A stretch of 64,000 nucleotides of DNA from NCBI GenBank assembly GCA_012295275.1, contig CM022667.1, positions 10,044,001-10,108,000 of the forward strand. Direction: 5' to 3'. Source of the stretch: Chrysomallon squamiferum. Its lineage: Eukaryota; Animalia; Mollusca. The notes beneath the pieces are model-generated. The model did not search any database and was not told the origin of the DNA. It saw nothing but the letters and a program-made list of their open reading frames with translations. Numbering within the stretch: the first letter of the stretch is position 1; each line of letters starts with the position of its first letter. Position numbers and translations under genes: made by a program. Below are positions 40,340-62,432 of this stretch, piece after piece.

Positions 40340-41800
40340 TTGTATTTCCACATTTACTGCGTAAGCCATGCCCCCTTAGTTACTATTACTATGTCCCACA
40401 AGCTAACGATCAAAATGGCGCGATCTGTAGCAGACAGCGTAGTTCACCCAAAAGACCGTGGGCCTTTCCAGAAAAAACCCCAAGAGAAATGTTTCAATTA
40501 TTTTACGCAAGGGTGCATCCACGATGTAAAAATTTCCGATGAAAATCAACCGAAAGTGAACAAAAGATGCTGGAATTCCATGAGGAAAAACGACTCGACA
40601 CACAAACTGCATATTCAAGTTTGCTTAGAGACGAAACACCTATCAGAGGCTGACTGCTCCTGCAAATCCGGGTGAGTATATTTTGATATTTAACTGATAC
40701 TGCAGAATGGTTCATTCTAGTCCAAAGGAAAAAGAAAATAAACAAACCAGAATATAACAAATGACACACGAGCTTTAAAGCTGCATTATCAAGACTATCT
40801 GTAATAGTTAAACATTTACAACAGATCGCCCAGCTGTTTAGTTTGAATTCATCTCACAACCAGTTTTGGTCATATGCATCACACACACACACACAACACA
40901 CAGCTTTTTTGTTTTTTTACACTGTCTGTAGGTCCATTTCTTGTTCCAATCAGTGAACCATGATTGGTATATACTAACCTGTCCTTGGCATGGTAACTGC
41001 TAATCAAAAGCAGTAGCCCATGAAGTAGCAGCAGCGGGTTTCCTCTCTTCATATAGTGTGGTTCCGACACCACATAACCGTAAATAAAATGTGTTGTGTT
41101 GAGTGTGTCATGAAATAAAACATTTTTTTTTTTCTCTGTTCAATGAATGTCTGTGGACATGTATATTATTCATATTTATGTAATTCGTATGTAGCTAAAT
41201 ATCAATGGTGTGTATTATTAATATTTGAAAACATGTTCATGTTTAAAAACGACTTTCTTTTTGTACTTCCAGGCTATGTGGCCACTGCTCACACATTACT
41301 GAGCTCTTGAAAACCTTACACAGGATTCGTACATCTTCGGCTGTCAAAATTTCCATAACTTTTCCAAAACTTTCCATAGCCCACAAATCCAAATTTCCAA
41401 AATCATTTTCAAGCAAACTCGATCACAAGAAAATGAGGTTTTTTTTTTTGCAGTTTTTAGACATGTTTGTCAGAGTTAAATCTTTTTTCTTGACGAAGCT
41501 GCATGGTATACATGTAGGATTACTAGTAATAAACAAATTAATGTCATTTAATTTGGCATTTTAAAATGCAGTTTTAATCTTGGAGTGGACACGATTATCA
41601 TGATTTGTAAGGCAGATTGCCAGAAAAATGAATACAAAAGTATTGCGTCACAAAAGAAGTTATCGTGTTTCTTTCTCCTTATTCCATTAATAATAAGAAT
41701 TTCAAGTGTATTGATACTCATCAACAATGGTATTTTCCAATGTATCGACATTGAAATTCCTATCAAAACTGCTAACTTACTCTCGCACAATTAAACTGAG
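40340..41800 (+). mobile_element. Degenerate DNA transposon relic: spliced SWIM zinc finger plus eroded DDE_Tnp_4-like segments (ISL2EU/Harbinger-like)
   Basis: ORF 40340-40671 splices GG|GTGAGT to CAG|G at 41273, giving ADCSCKSG-LCGHCSHITELL (CxC..CxH SWIM). Downstream broken frames (YTCRITSNKQI; IMICKAD; RISSVLI...IEIPIKTANLL) loosely resemble PIF/Harbinger transposase motifs. Confidence 0.6.
40923..41130 (+). mobile_element. SINE fragment nested in the SWIM intron
   Basis: CCATTTCTTGTTCCAATCAGTG...CTGCTAATCAAAAGCAGTAGCCCATGAAGT...GCGGGTTTCCTCTC...TAAAATGTGTTG...AAATAAAACATTT. Partial related copies at 2275-2420 (-), 20285-20332, 21060-21140 and 56840-56940. Confidence 0.6.
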
Positions 41801-42350
41801 CAATGCCCAAAAGTTACTGTTACGCTGCTGGTTATTCCTATTTCCCCCACTGGGGCTATAGAACAGATATATTAGGCTTTTCGGGAAAGACACCTACCAT
41901 ACTGATAAACTGCAAAAACGCCACACTGATTTAGTAGTATAGATTTTCGTATTTCACGGTCAGAGTGAAATTAACCAACTATTGTGATCGTTATATGCAA
42001 TTAAAATAGATGCATAACGCAGTGTGTGAACTGCCCGCTATAGAGAAGCGGCTGTTAAATAAAGATATCCAAGTAACAGGTTCAGCCGAACCTGTCAGTC
42101 TTGTTCACACGAACATTACTTATATAGTGCTGAACATAGTACAAGAGTATTTATTTTCAATGTAATATTGTTTTTATTATCCAGTTTTCAGAGTTGGTGC
42201 TAATAATGTAATACTTTAGAAGATGCTACAATGGGATTGAACCTGTGCCGAGGAAGAGACATTATATTTGACCTAAGGGTATCGCTCCAAAACGACAAAA
42301 GAAGAAAAATCACAAAAACGCCAATGTAAATTGTGACATTTGTGGTTATC

Positions 42351-42535
42351 ATGTTGCGACATTTTTGGTCGATTTTGACAATTGTGGGCACTACTCTGAT
42401 ACTTTTAAAATGCACTAGCGCAGATAGCCCGGGTTAAACTTGGCCCGGTTAAAATAGGGTTAATGTTGCGACATTTTTTCGATTTTGCAACAATTGGGAT
42501 CTTTAAAATGCACTAGCGCAGATAGCCCGGGTTAA
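42351..42535. repeat. Direct repeat pair, probably TE subterminal sequence
   Basis: ATGTTGCGACATTTTT..CGATTTTG..TTTAAAATGCACTAGCGCAGATAGCCCGGGTTAA at about 42351 and 42463. Confidence 0.75.
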
Positions 42536-43079
42536 TATTTCGGGATCAGGCTAAAACTGAACCATCACCAAAACGGAATCATCTTCTTGATTAGGCTATA
42601 ACGGCACCTTTTTATACTGGCTAAAACGGGGGGGGCGTTGGGTTGGGTTAAAATATTGGTGAAACAAACCAGGTTTTCATACATTTTATTTACGACAAGG
42701 ACATAATTTTCCATGGCTCAAAACGTGATTTTCCTGAACTTTCCAAAACGCGTACGAACCCTGTTTACAAGGATTCAAGCGGCACTGTTTAACATGAGTT
42801 CCAGATTAGCAGCGATGTACGAGCATTCCAAGACAGTGGGGCCATCCAGGAGGGATGAATATAAATCCAATACCAATGAGCCATGTAGTGGTGGAAAGAC
42901 CCACAACAACAGTCAGAAAAAGAAAGCCTGCATCGTGTCAGTTAGACACAGAGAAGCAGTAAGACTGATAATGTTAATTTGTTTTTTAATACTATAAGCA
43001 GTATACCTATTGCAGTTATATCTACTGATTTTAAAATTGGTCATCACTGTGCCTACGAATAATGCCTTCTAACAAAGGA

Positions 43080-43161
43080 AGTATTAACACTTTCCGAAGA
43101 ACTGAACTAAACAATAATCAACAGTTCCGCTTATGGCAGAGACGGAAATAAAGCAATACGG
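43080..43161 (+). promoter_or_regulatory. Probable promoter and non-coding first exon of SAMHD1 copy A
   Basis: CpG-richer patch ending in a strong donor CGG|GTAAGT at 43162; acceptor TTTTATAG at 44186, 25 nt before the ATG. Confidence 0.5.
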
Positions 43162-44211
43162 GTAAGTAGAAATAGCACGCTTTTATTGGTTGAAGTTCTG
43201 AAAATGGAAAGACTTTGGGCGGCAAAAATAAAAACGAAAGGAATATTTTTATATGTCATGGTTAATTTAGATATTTGCACGTTTTTATTGCATTTAAATA
43301 TCCAATATACAGTAATAAATTAGAATATGCAATCAAGATAAATATCTGAATTGTGTATCTTACTGTCATTGTCCCTGATAAAGACAAATAGTGCCCACAA
43401 CATGTACTGACAAGTTTTAAATTATTTAATCTTTATTTTTGTTCGGTCTTTGTCATCGGGATATTTTGCGAATAGCTCTGAAGGGACTATTTGATATACC
43501 AGTAAGTAATAATAATAAAATGAAAATGTATTTAAACTGAAAGCTAGACACGATCGACACCGTTCTTTTTTTTTTTTTTTTTTTTTTATAAATGTTTTTA
43601 TTTTTTCAAAAATAAATTTCTAAAGCGTGACAACCATCCAACCATCAAAACATGTGGAAGGTGAATAGATCCAGAGGGAAAAGAGGCTTATAACTGTTGA
43701 CAGGAGCCATGGGACCATCCCTTTTGACGAACACCTACGTGGAATTGCGCACAATTTGCATTTCAGTTAATGAAATGTAAACGACTATAAGGTGGTTAAA
43801 TGGAGAACAAGAATTTAAACAAGTTTAAAATATAAAATTTTCTATAATTTTTATTTTTATTTTTATTTTTTATTGTTTTTAAAATAAATATTTGTTTTTC
43901 TAAACAGGTGGGAAAATTAATTATTCTTGCTAACAGTAGATGTCCATCAAGATGAAAAGAAAAAGACTCATTTTATTTTCTTTAACATGTGAAATTGTGT
44001 TCATTCTTTCATGTCAGTACTAAATGAAATATCCAGATTTTATTATTGTTATTTAAATGCCAATTTACAACCATTATTTGAAATAGATCTGTGAATACAA
44101 ATATGGGTATCAAATATCTAAATTTGTTTTGGTTTTATGTAATATAACTGTTTTAGTTTAATATAAATTTACATTTTTTTTTATAGTTATTATTTTTTAA
44201 TGAGGTAACAA

Positions 44212-54949
<10,738 letters not shown>

Positions 54950-55416
54950 GATAAAGAAAGTTTACTAGAATAGACCAGCTGAAATCCATCTTTCTGTTTT
55001 TTGTAGCAGGGACAATCATTCATTTTGAGAACAAAATTTTAAAGTTTCCTTCTTCTTTTTTTTGTCTTTGAATGATGTACTAAATTTGTCATGTTCTCAA
55101 TCTGTCAGGGAAAGTTTTGGCATTTCTCTGTATTGAATGTTACCACTGCCAAGTTTATCATAGGTAAAGATTAGTTGAAAAACATTGAGAGCATGTATGT
55201 ATGTGTGTTTATATATATTCACATTTACATATATTAAATGTTTTCACAATTAAATGATATCCATTTTTAATTAGGTTTGCACTATATGTTGTTATTAATA
55301 TATACAAGTTACATATCATTGTTTTCAGTATTAAAATTACTATGTTTGTTGCAATGTACATTATATCTTTGTATTCAATATTACAACCACTGTGTTGTTC
55401 ATTGAAGGATACTTAC

Positions 55417-55584
55417 ATCACTGTATTCAATATTAAAACTACTGCCTTGTTTTTCAGAACAGAAAATGTCATATTTAACTTGGTGTTACTAAAACCAATT
55501 GTAAATGTAGGAAATGAAATCCAAAAATGTTTTTATGCACATTGTTGAATTTTTAAAAAGAATGAAATTTATAAAAAAAAAAAT

Positions 55585-55616
<32 letters not shown>

Positions 55617-56110
55617 AAATGTTCTTTTGCATATGAAAATGAGAAAAGTTATTTTTATTATACAATTTTTTCATGTGCAATGTAAATCTGCTAAGGGCAA
55701 TGCAAAGCTAAAATTATTATTAAATAATATTAAATATTTTACCTGAAATCACTACCAAATGTATGACTGTCAAAAAGGTAATCACTGTATTCAGTATTAA
55801 AACTACCGCCTTGTTTGTTTAGATGACAATCACTGTTTTTGACATTTTACTAAAGCTAATTGTAAACATAGAAAATGAAATCCTAAAATGTTTTTATGCA
55901 CATTGTTAAATTTTTAAAAAGAATGAAATTTAAAAAAAGAAAAAGAGAAAAAAATGCTCTTTTGCATTTGAAAATGACAAAAGTTATTTTTATTATACAA
56001 ATTAATCATGTGGAATGTAAATCTGCTAAGGGCATTACATTGGTATACAAAGCTAAAATTATTACTAGCTGGACTCACTGCCAAATGTATGAATGTCAAA
56101 AAGGTAATTA
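55417..56110. repeat. 364-bp tandem duplication downstream of the SAMHD1-A stop (putative 3'UTR)
   Basis: ATCACTGTATTCArTATTAAAACTACyGCCTTG at 55417 and 55781; both units end with CCAAATGTATGAmTGTCAAAAAGGTAAT. Confidence 0.88.
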
Positions 56111-59100
56111 CCGAACTTTTGATAGAAAAGCAGCAATACTGACACAACTTTAGAACCCTGAGCTATTCTCTATCGGAGAATACTCGAGGAATACTAATGA
56201 TCAAGGAGTTATTCCCATCATAAAAAATGCACATTTTAAAAAATTATCAGACAGTTCCATCTCAAATGTATTGCAAATAAATATAACAACATTTAGTTGA
56301 TTTTCATCATGTATGACCAAAATGTGTTCATGTTGAAAACTTTTGTGATTTATCTGCACTGCTTGTGAGTTTAAAAATAGTCAAGCAGTATTGATGAAGG
56401 GCATTGCACAATGAATGGCATTGCTTTACAGATTCAAGGGTTAAAATGTTTTGAATTGAAAGTCAGAATTGATAATGTTTTTGTTTTTTTAAACTATAAA
56501 TTTTAGCAATTTAAATCTTTTGTTTGAATGATAAATTAGAATTTTCTTAGACCTAGCAGGTTCCTTTTTTTCTTTTTGTTTTTCTTTCTTACACATTTTT
56601 TGAATTGTTTTATTTTTTTGTTTCTTTATTGATTTAATTTTAGTTACAGATAGAGATATATAAATATATATATATATATATTTTTTTTTTTATGTTGTGT
56701 ATGTGTTTGTAATTTTCACTTGGAAGATATTTGAAATAATTTTTATTTAAGTGATTATGGATGCAAGTTTCACTCATCAGATCTGGTTAATCAACTTGGT
56801 AATTAAGAAATTAGTCCCTGACATCAGTTCTTTCCCTCTACTGGGCTATTCCTAATCTATTGAAAAAAAAGCATATAAAAGATTCCTTGTTGCCAATTTA
56901 AAAACAGATAACCCATGCAGCAGATTTTCTTTTTCTTAACAGTTTTGTTGTATTTTATGTAGATGATTAAAATTATGTTCGACTGCTTTATTTGTCAGTT
57001 AAAAGCGAAGTGAAAATAAGTTGACATTACTACATCTGAAACAGTTTCCAGATCCTCAGGTAGTTAAATATTGTTTAGAAATCATCAAATAGTTCAGCAC
57101 TATCTTAGGTTGAACTTTTTGAGTTTTAAGAGCCAAATGACAGCAAAGATTAAAATGTAATAACATATTCACGCACAAAATATTTCTTATTGAATTACCC
57201 AGATAATATTTGAATCAAGGTGTGATTTCACTGAGTTCCAGACAAAAGTCACAGGACTGGTCAGATGTAGCCATATCAACTGATACTGATCTAACATGGC
57301 TTCTCAAAGCCATGTTAGACCTTTTTTTTCCTTTTTTTTAGACCAATGCCAGTTTCCATTGAAATCACAATTGTTTTTTTGTTTTTTTCACTAGGAGTGT
57401 TTGTGTTATGTGTTTGGAAAGATTTTGTTTAATAGGTGGTTGTGTTGTCTTAATATTCTCCATTTGTTGTTATTAATATTTACCGTTATGACTAATATAT
57501 TTGTTTTTGCTTCCAGATTAAACCTTTATTTTCTTTTGTGGTTTTTTTTTTTTTTTTTTTTTTTCTTAAATAAATAAATAATGATAATTAAGGAAAGCTA
57601 ATTCAGTTTTGGCAACAAATTCAGAAGTGAATGCAGAACGCAATTTGAGAATTACCTGGTTAGAAATCTGCGGCAATTTACAGTTTACAGTCTTAAGCAA
57701 ATATAAAACTGGTGCTGATAACTGAACCACAAATAATTTGGAGAGCAAATTAAAAAATAATTGTGGAACACAAAATGAGAATTGGTAACAAAAAAACTGT
57801 CACAAGTAGCTGTCATCCAAAATTGCATAACCCGGGCAGCTACAACAACTCTCCAGAAGAATCTGTCACGAGAAGTGAACTACAGAGAACCGTACCAAGT
57901 CGCTGCTGGACTTGACATGTAGCCAACAAATGAATAAAAATAAGCATAAGCAACAAAATGTCAGTAAACGAAAACAAACTCAAGAGTTATCGTAAAGTAA
58001 AAATTACCTAAGCAGCGCTTTCTAAAAGTTTATCAGTTTATCAGTTTTCTCTGACCAAAAGAGCTCTTATAATAATGATTAAATAACAACTTTTGAGCAA
58101 CTAAATATAGACCTCCCATGTCTCTAGATCACTAAGCATTTCTCAAAACTTAATTTAAACAAATATTAATTAATTAAATGAAATACATCAGCATAAATGG
58201 TACACGTTTGTTAGTACAGGCTTAACCCCGCGCATACACACGAAAAAAACACAAAAAAACCCACCTAGCAACAAATAGAAAACAACAACACCAATTCAGA
58301 TCATTAATTAAAAAATATATTCAATTTTAAATGACTGATAGAAATAAATTTAAAAAGGCAGTTTGTTAGTTCAAGATACATCGACAAAATCAGATTATTA
58401 ATTTTAAAAATTATATTTTAAATGAATGAATGCACAGTATATTTTGCAAAATTAATTGCCTGCATTAATTTATAAAATTGCTCAATAAACAGTAAACTAA
58501 ACATGAATTAAATAATTCAGTGAATTTAAATTGTTCAATACTAATTATAAAAGTTTATGGACCATCAGTGTCTCAAACACGGATTTTGTATGTGGACAAG
58601 GATAAACAAGGACACGTAAATTAAAAGTCTGGGCTTTTTGCACCAGACAGATTTTAAAAATATTTTATGTATAATTATAAAAATGTTCGAATTGCCAGAT
58701 GTAGAGTTATACTGACAAAAACGTGAAAATCAATAATATTTTGTTACATTTGAAACTTCAACAAACCATATATATATATATATATTTAATAAAATATACA
58801 TTCCAGTATTTCCTACTGACATCTCGATCATGACAATAAAATTATGTAAACAAGTAAAACATGCCAAGCAAAACAAGGAAAACAAAAATAAATAAATTAA
58901 TTAATTAATTAATAATAATAATAATAATAAAAACATCAATACTGATGACAGGAAATGTGACGAAATTTTCATTCGTCATTTTTGTCGTGCAGAGAGAGTC
59001 TATATTAATATTTGTGTAGTTTATCGTCGCTTTATTCATTTATTTTAAATTTTGACCTTGAAGAGAAAGGAGGAAGGAAAACTGCATCAAGTTTGCAACT

Positions 59101-59299
59101 TGAGAAAACCTCTCTTTATCGTACTCCCAAGATATCATTTCAGCCCTTTGAACTGCTAAAATAAATTGCATTAGCAAATGTTTGTTTTAAAAGAACTGAT
59201 CCGAATACAGGGAAGTTACAAGATAACAAATGTTAACATACATCTGATCTGTTGACAGTGGTGGTCCAGCTGTAACGATTGTTGGCTTCGTGTTATTTC

Positions 59300-59476
59300 A
59301 TGTATGTGGTGTGGTATTTTATTATATTTTATTTTATTTCTCTCTTTCTGATAGTTTGTTTATGTCGACTATAATATGAAAGACAAAAATCCCATAGACT
59401 ATGTGAGATTCTATGACAAAAATAACATCAATCAAGCTGTCCAGCTGAGAAAAAAACAAATTTGTTTACCGATTAG
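59300..59476 (+). pseudogene. Orphan copy of SAMHD1 coding exon 14 (59355-59459) with flanking intron; donor destroyed
   Basis: FVYVDYNMKDKNPIDYVRFYDKNNINQAVQLRKKQ versus copy A FVYVDYGMEDKNPIDYVRFFDKNNINQAVQLRKNQ; CAG|GT has become CAA|AT. Confidence 0.88.
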
Positions 59477-60432
59477 CACATATTTGTTTCACATGTATAT
59501 ATAAATATATATATATATACAATAAATTGTATTCTTATTATCCCGTATAATATGCTAGAACACTGTGATAATTGTACTAAACACACCCAGTATTCATGTG
59601 CATTATAAAACAATCATAAACAAATAACTCAGACACAGTACATAGAATAACAGTAATAAATCGTATTTCTGACATCTCTAAATAATCTATTTGCGTGTTT
59701 CTTACAATAACCCATGGTTTACAATAATCTATCACCTCAAGTAAGCAGTCTACTTTAAGAAAACATAATGTCGTAGCAAATATATCAACATAAAATTCAA
59801 TGCTAAGTAGTTATGTCTAGAGAATATGACAATATCATTGCCATGTTTATTATAATTTGAACTGCTTATTGTATTGGTAGATCGGGTTATAAATTGTCTC
59901 TTTCTGCTAATCGTCACGTCGACATTTTTTTTTTTTTTTTTTTTTTGTCTAATGTGCAGTGAGAGTTTCATTATGATTATTGTTTGTATTTTATTTTGCC
60001 CTACGACAGAATCAACAGAGATTAGATAAAATGTCATTTTGGTGACGTGATATCTGTAATGTTAGTTCATTCCTCAAGGTAGTGTGACACTTGAGAAAGT
60101 AATCGAATTTTGATTACTTGCGGATTTGTGCGCGATTGAATTACTGCTAAAATGATACAACTCTAATTACAACAGTTTACGGTGTTGCAGTTTGGTGTTG
60201 GATAGTTATCATATATTTGAAGAATTTTATACAGGTCACTTTGTTGGATTCATTAAAAAAGCGAAATGGTTTAGTTGGAAAAGTGAGATAAGTAACAGAT
60301 ATGGTTAAGGTTTGTAACAAAAACAAGTATAACAAAACAGAAAAAACAACAACAGCAGCATTAAGTATAGCTGGGTACCTTACATGTTTTTCAGATATTT
60401 AAATACATATGATCATGCTTAATTGCACATAT

Positions 60433-60870
60433 CGGTTCTATTCAAAGGAGCGACATTTCATAGGAGTGACATAACAAAGGAATGAATCCTAAGATATAAA
60501 TTTCAAAGGAGTGACAACCATTCTATCAAGTGGTAGGTGGACAAAGCCAAAGAGAAGAGAGGCTTGCAACAGTTGTCAGAAGTCATGGAACCATTCCCTT
60601 CGTGGAATTGCGCACAATTTTCATTTCAGTAAAAAAATCGTAATAATTTTTTTTATCTTTTTTATTTTTTTAAATTTTTTTATAAATAAAATTTTAATTA
60701 TACTTTGTCACTCCTTTAATACATTATTTATGTCACTCCTTTAATACATTATTTATGTCACTCCTATTAAATGTCACTCCTCTGATACAGACCCACGTGC
60801 GGTTCTATTCAAAGGCGTGATATGTCATAGGAGTCACATGACAAAGGAGCAGAGCCTCAGATATAAATAA
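60433..60870. repeat. Direct and inverted repeat cluster (AGGAGTGACA / TGTCACTCCT), TE-like
   Basis: CGGTTCTATTCAAAGG...CATAGGAGTsACA..ACAAAGGA at 60433 and 60800; four TGTCACTCCT units between 60705 and 60781. Confidence 0.7.
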
Positions 60871-61378
60871 TATAGATAGATTTTCCGTACATCAAATGTG
60901 TTGACATTTTTTAAGAAGGTTTCAGTGAGTCCAATTCGGTGGAATAAAAACAGTTTCATCTGCAGACATTCACAGTTGATGAAAAAAGGATTTTACTATT
61001 TAAACAAAAACATATTTCGGTATGTGTACTATTACTAAAGCACTAATTTACTAATGCCACGTTAAAGAAAATTTCAAATATTTATTTTTCTAAACAGGTG
61101 AAAATTAATTATTCTTGAGTAGATGTCCATCAAAGACTCGTTTTATTTTCTTTAACACGTGAAATTGTCTTCATTCTATTCTGTAAATAATAAATAAAAT
61201 ATCCATATTTTATTACTGGTGTTTAAGTGCTAATTTATGACCCTTATTTGAAATAAATCTGTGAATATGAATATGGGAATTAATCATCTAAATTTGTTTT
61301 GGTTTTATGTAATATAATTGTTTTAATTTAATATAATTGTATACTCTTTTGTAGTTATATTTTTTAGTCATATAACAA

Positions 61379-62367
61379 ATGGCTGAGAAACGTGGCTTTT
61401 CAAATTGTCAAGAGGAATACACACCACCATCTAAACAGATGAAAGAGGATGATGATGACGACTGTTTGTTTTCTCAGACATCATCCGAAGGTGAGGCAGA
61501 TGACTCTTTGAAAACTGATCACTGCAGAAATTGGACAAGAGAAGATTTATACAAAGCTCTTGTTGACAAGGGTCTTGTAGAAATAATCAGAAAATTCAAA
61601 GGTACAACATGTTTTTGTTTTTGTTTTCTTTTGTTTTCTTTTCTGTTTTTAATATATTTTTAAAAATTAAAAAAACCAAAATATTTTGTGACAGTTAAGT
61701 TCAGAACATTTTGAAGAGAATTAAAGTAAGTATTTCTTGACAAGTAGAAAAGGGAATATAAGAAATGGAAAGATGCTAATATATGGTTAATAACGCCCGT
61801 CGTATAAATATTTGTTTATTTAAAATACCCACATAATATTATCGTAAAGGTGTGAATAATGTTTGACAAAAATAAACTGATTTTAATATTAATGCTTATT
61901 AGGCAAAATTCTGAGAAAGAAAATCCACAACATTCATTATGATAAACAAAACATTACGCACCATATACTCTTCAGAAGAGCAACACATTTTTCAAAATCG
62001 TTTTCACACCAGCAAAACAGAACATACCATGGACTTTACAAAACCATCAAAACGGATCAGATAACAATGTATATTGTGTACAAAAGTAAAACATGTGTCT
62101 TTAATGTAGATTATTTATTTATCCTTCTAAACACGTTTATTAAGCCATTTCCTAATGCAGCCAGTTCTTCATTTATAAAAGCTACAGTCTATGGCATGAT
62201 GCTGGTCAATATTTTCTCTATCGTCTTTAATCATAGTTAGTAAGGCACCACGTAGTGCTTCAGTTTGTCATTAAATTAAATAGTTCTTTCTTCCTTTGTT
62301 TTTCAGGTGCTCAGACTGATGACTGTGGATTGCATGATGGTAGATTGAGAGAGATGGAGTTTAAGTA

Positions 62368-62432
<65 letters not shown>

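Noticed and set aside
42713-42997. 94-aa ORF upstream of SAMHD1-A
   Set aside because: No recognisable motif or splice partner; lies in TE-like sequence.
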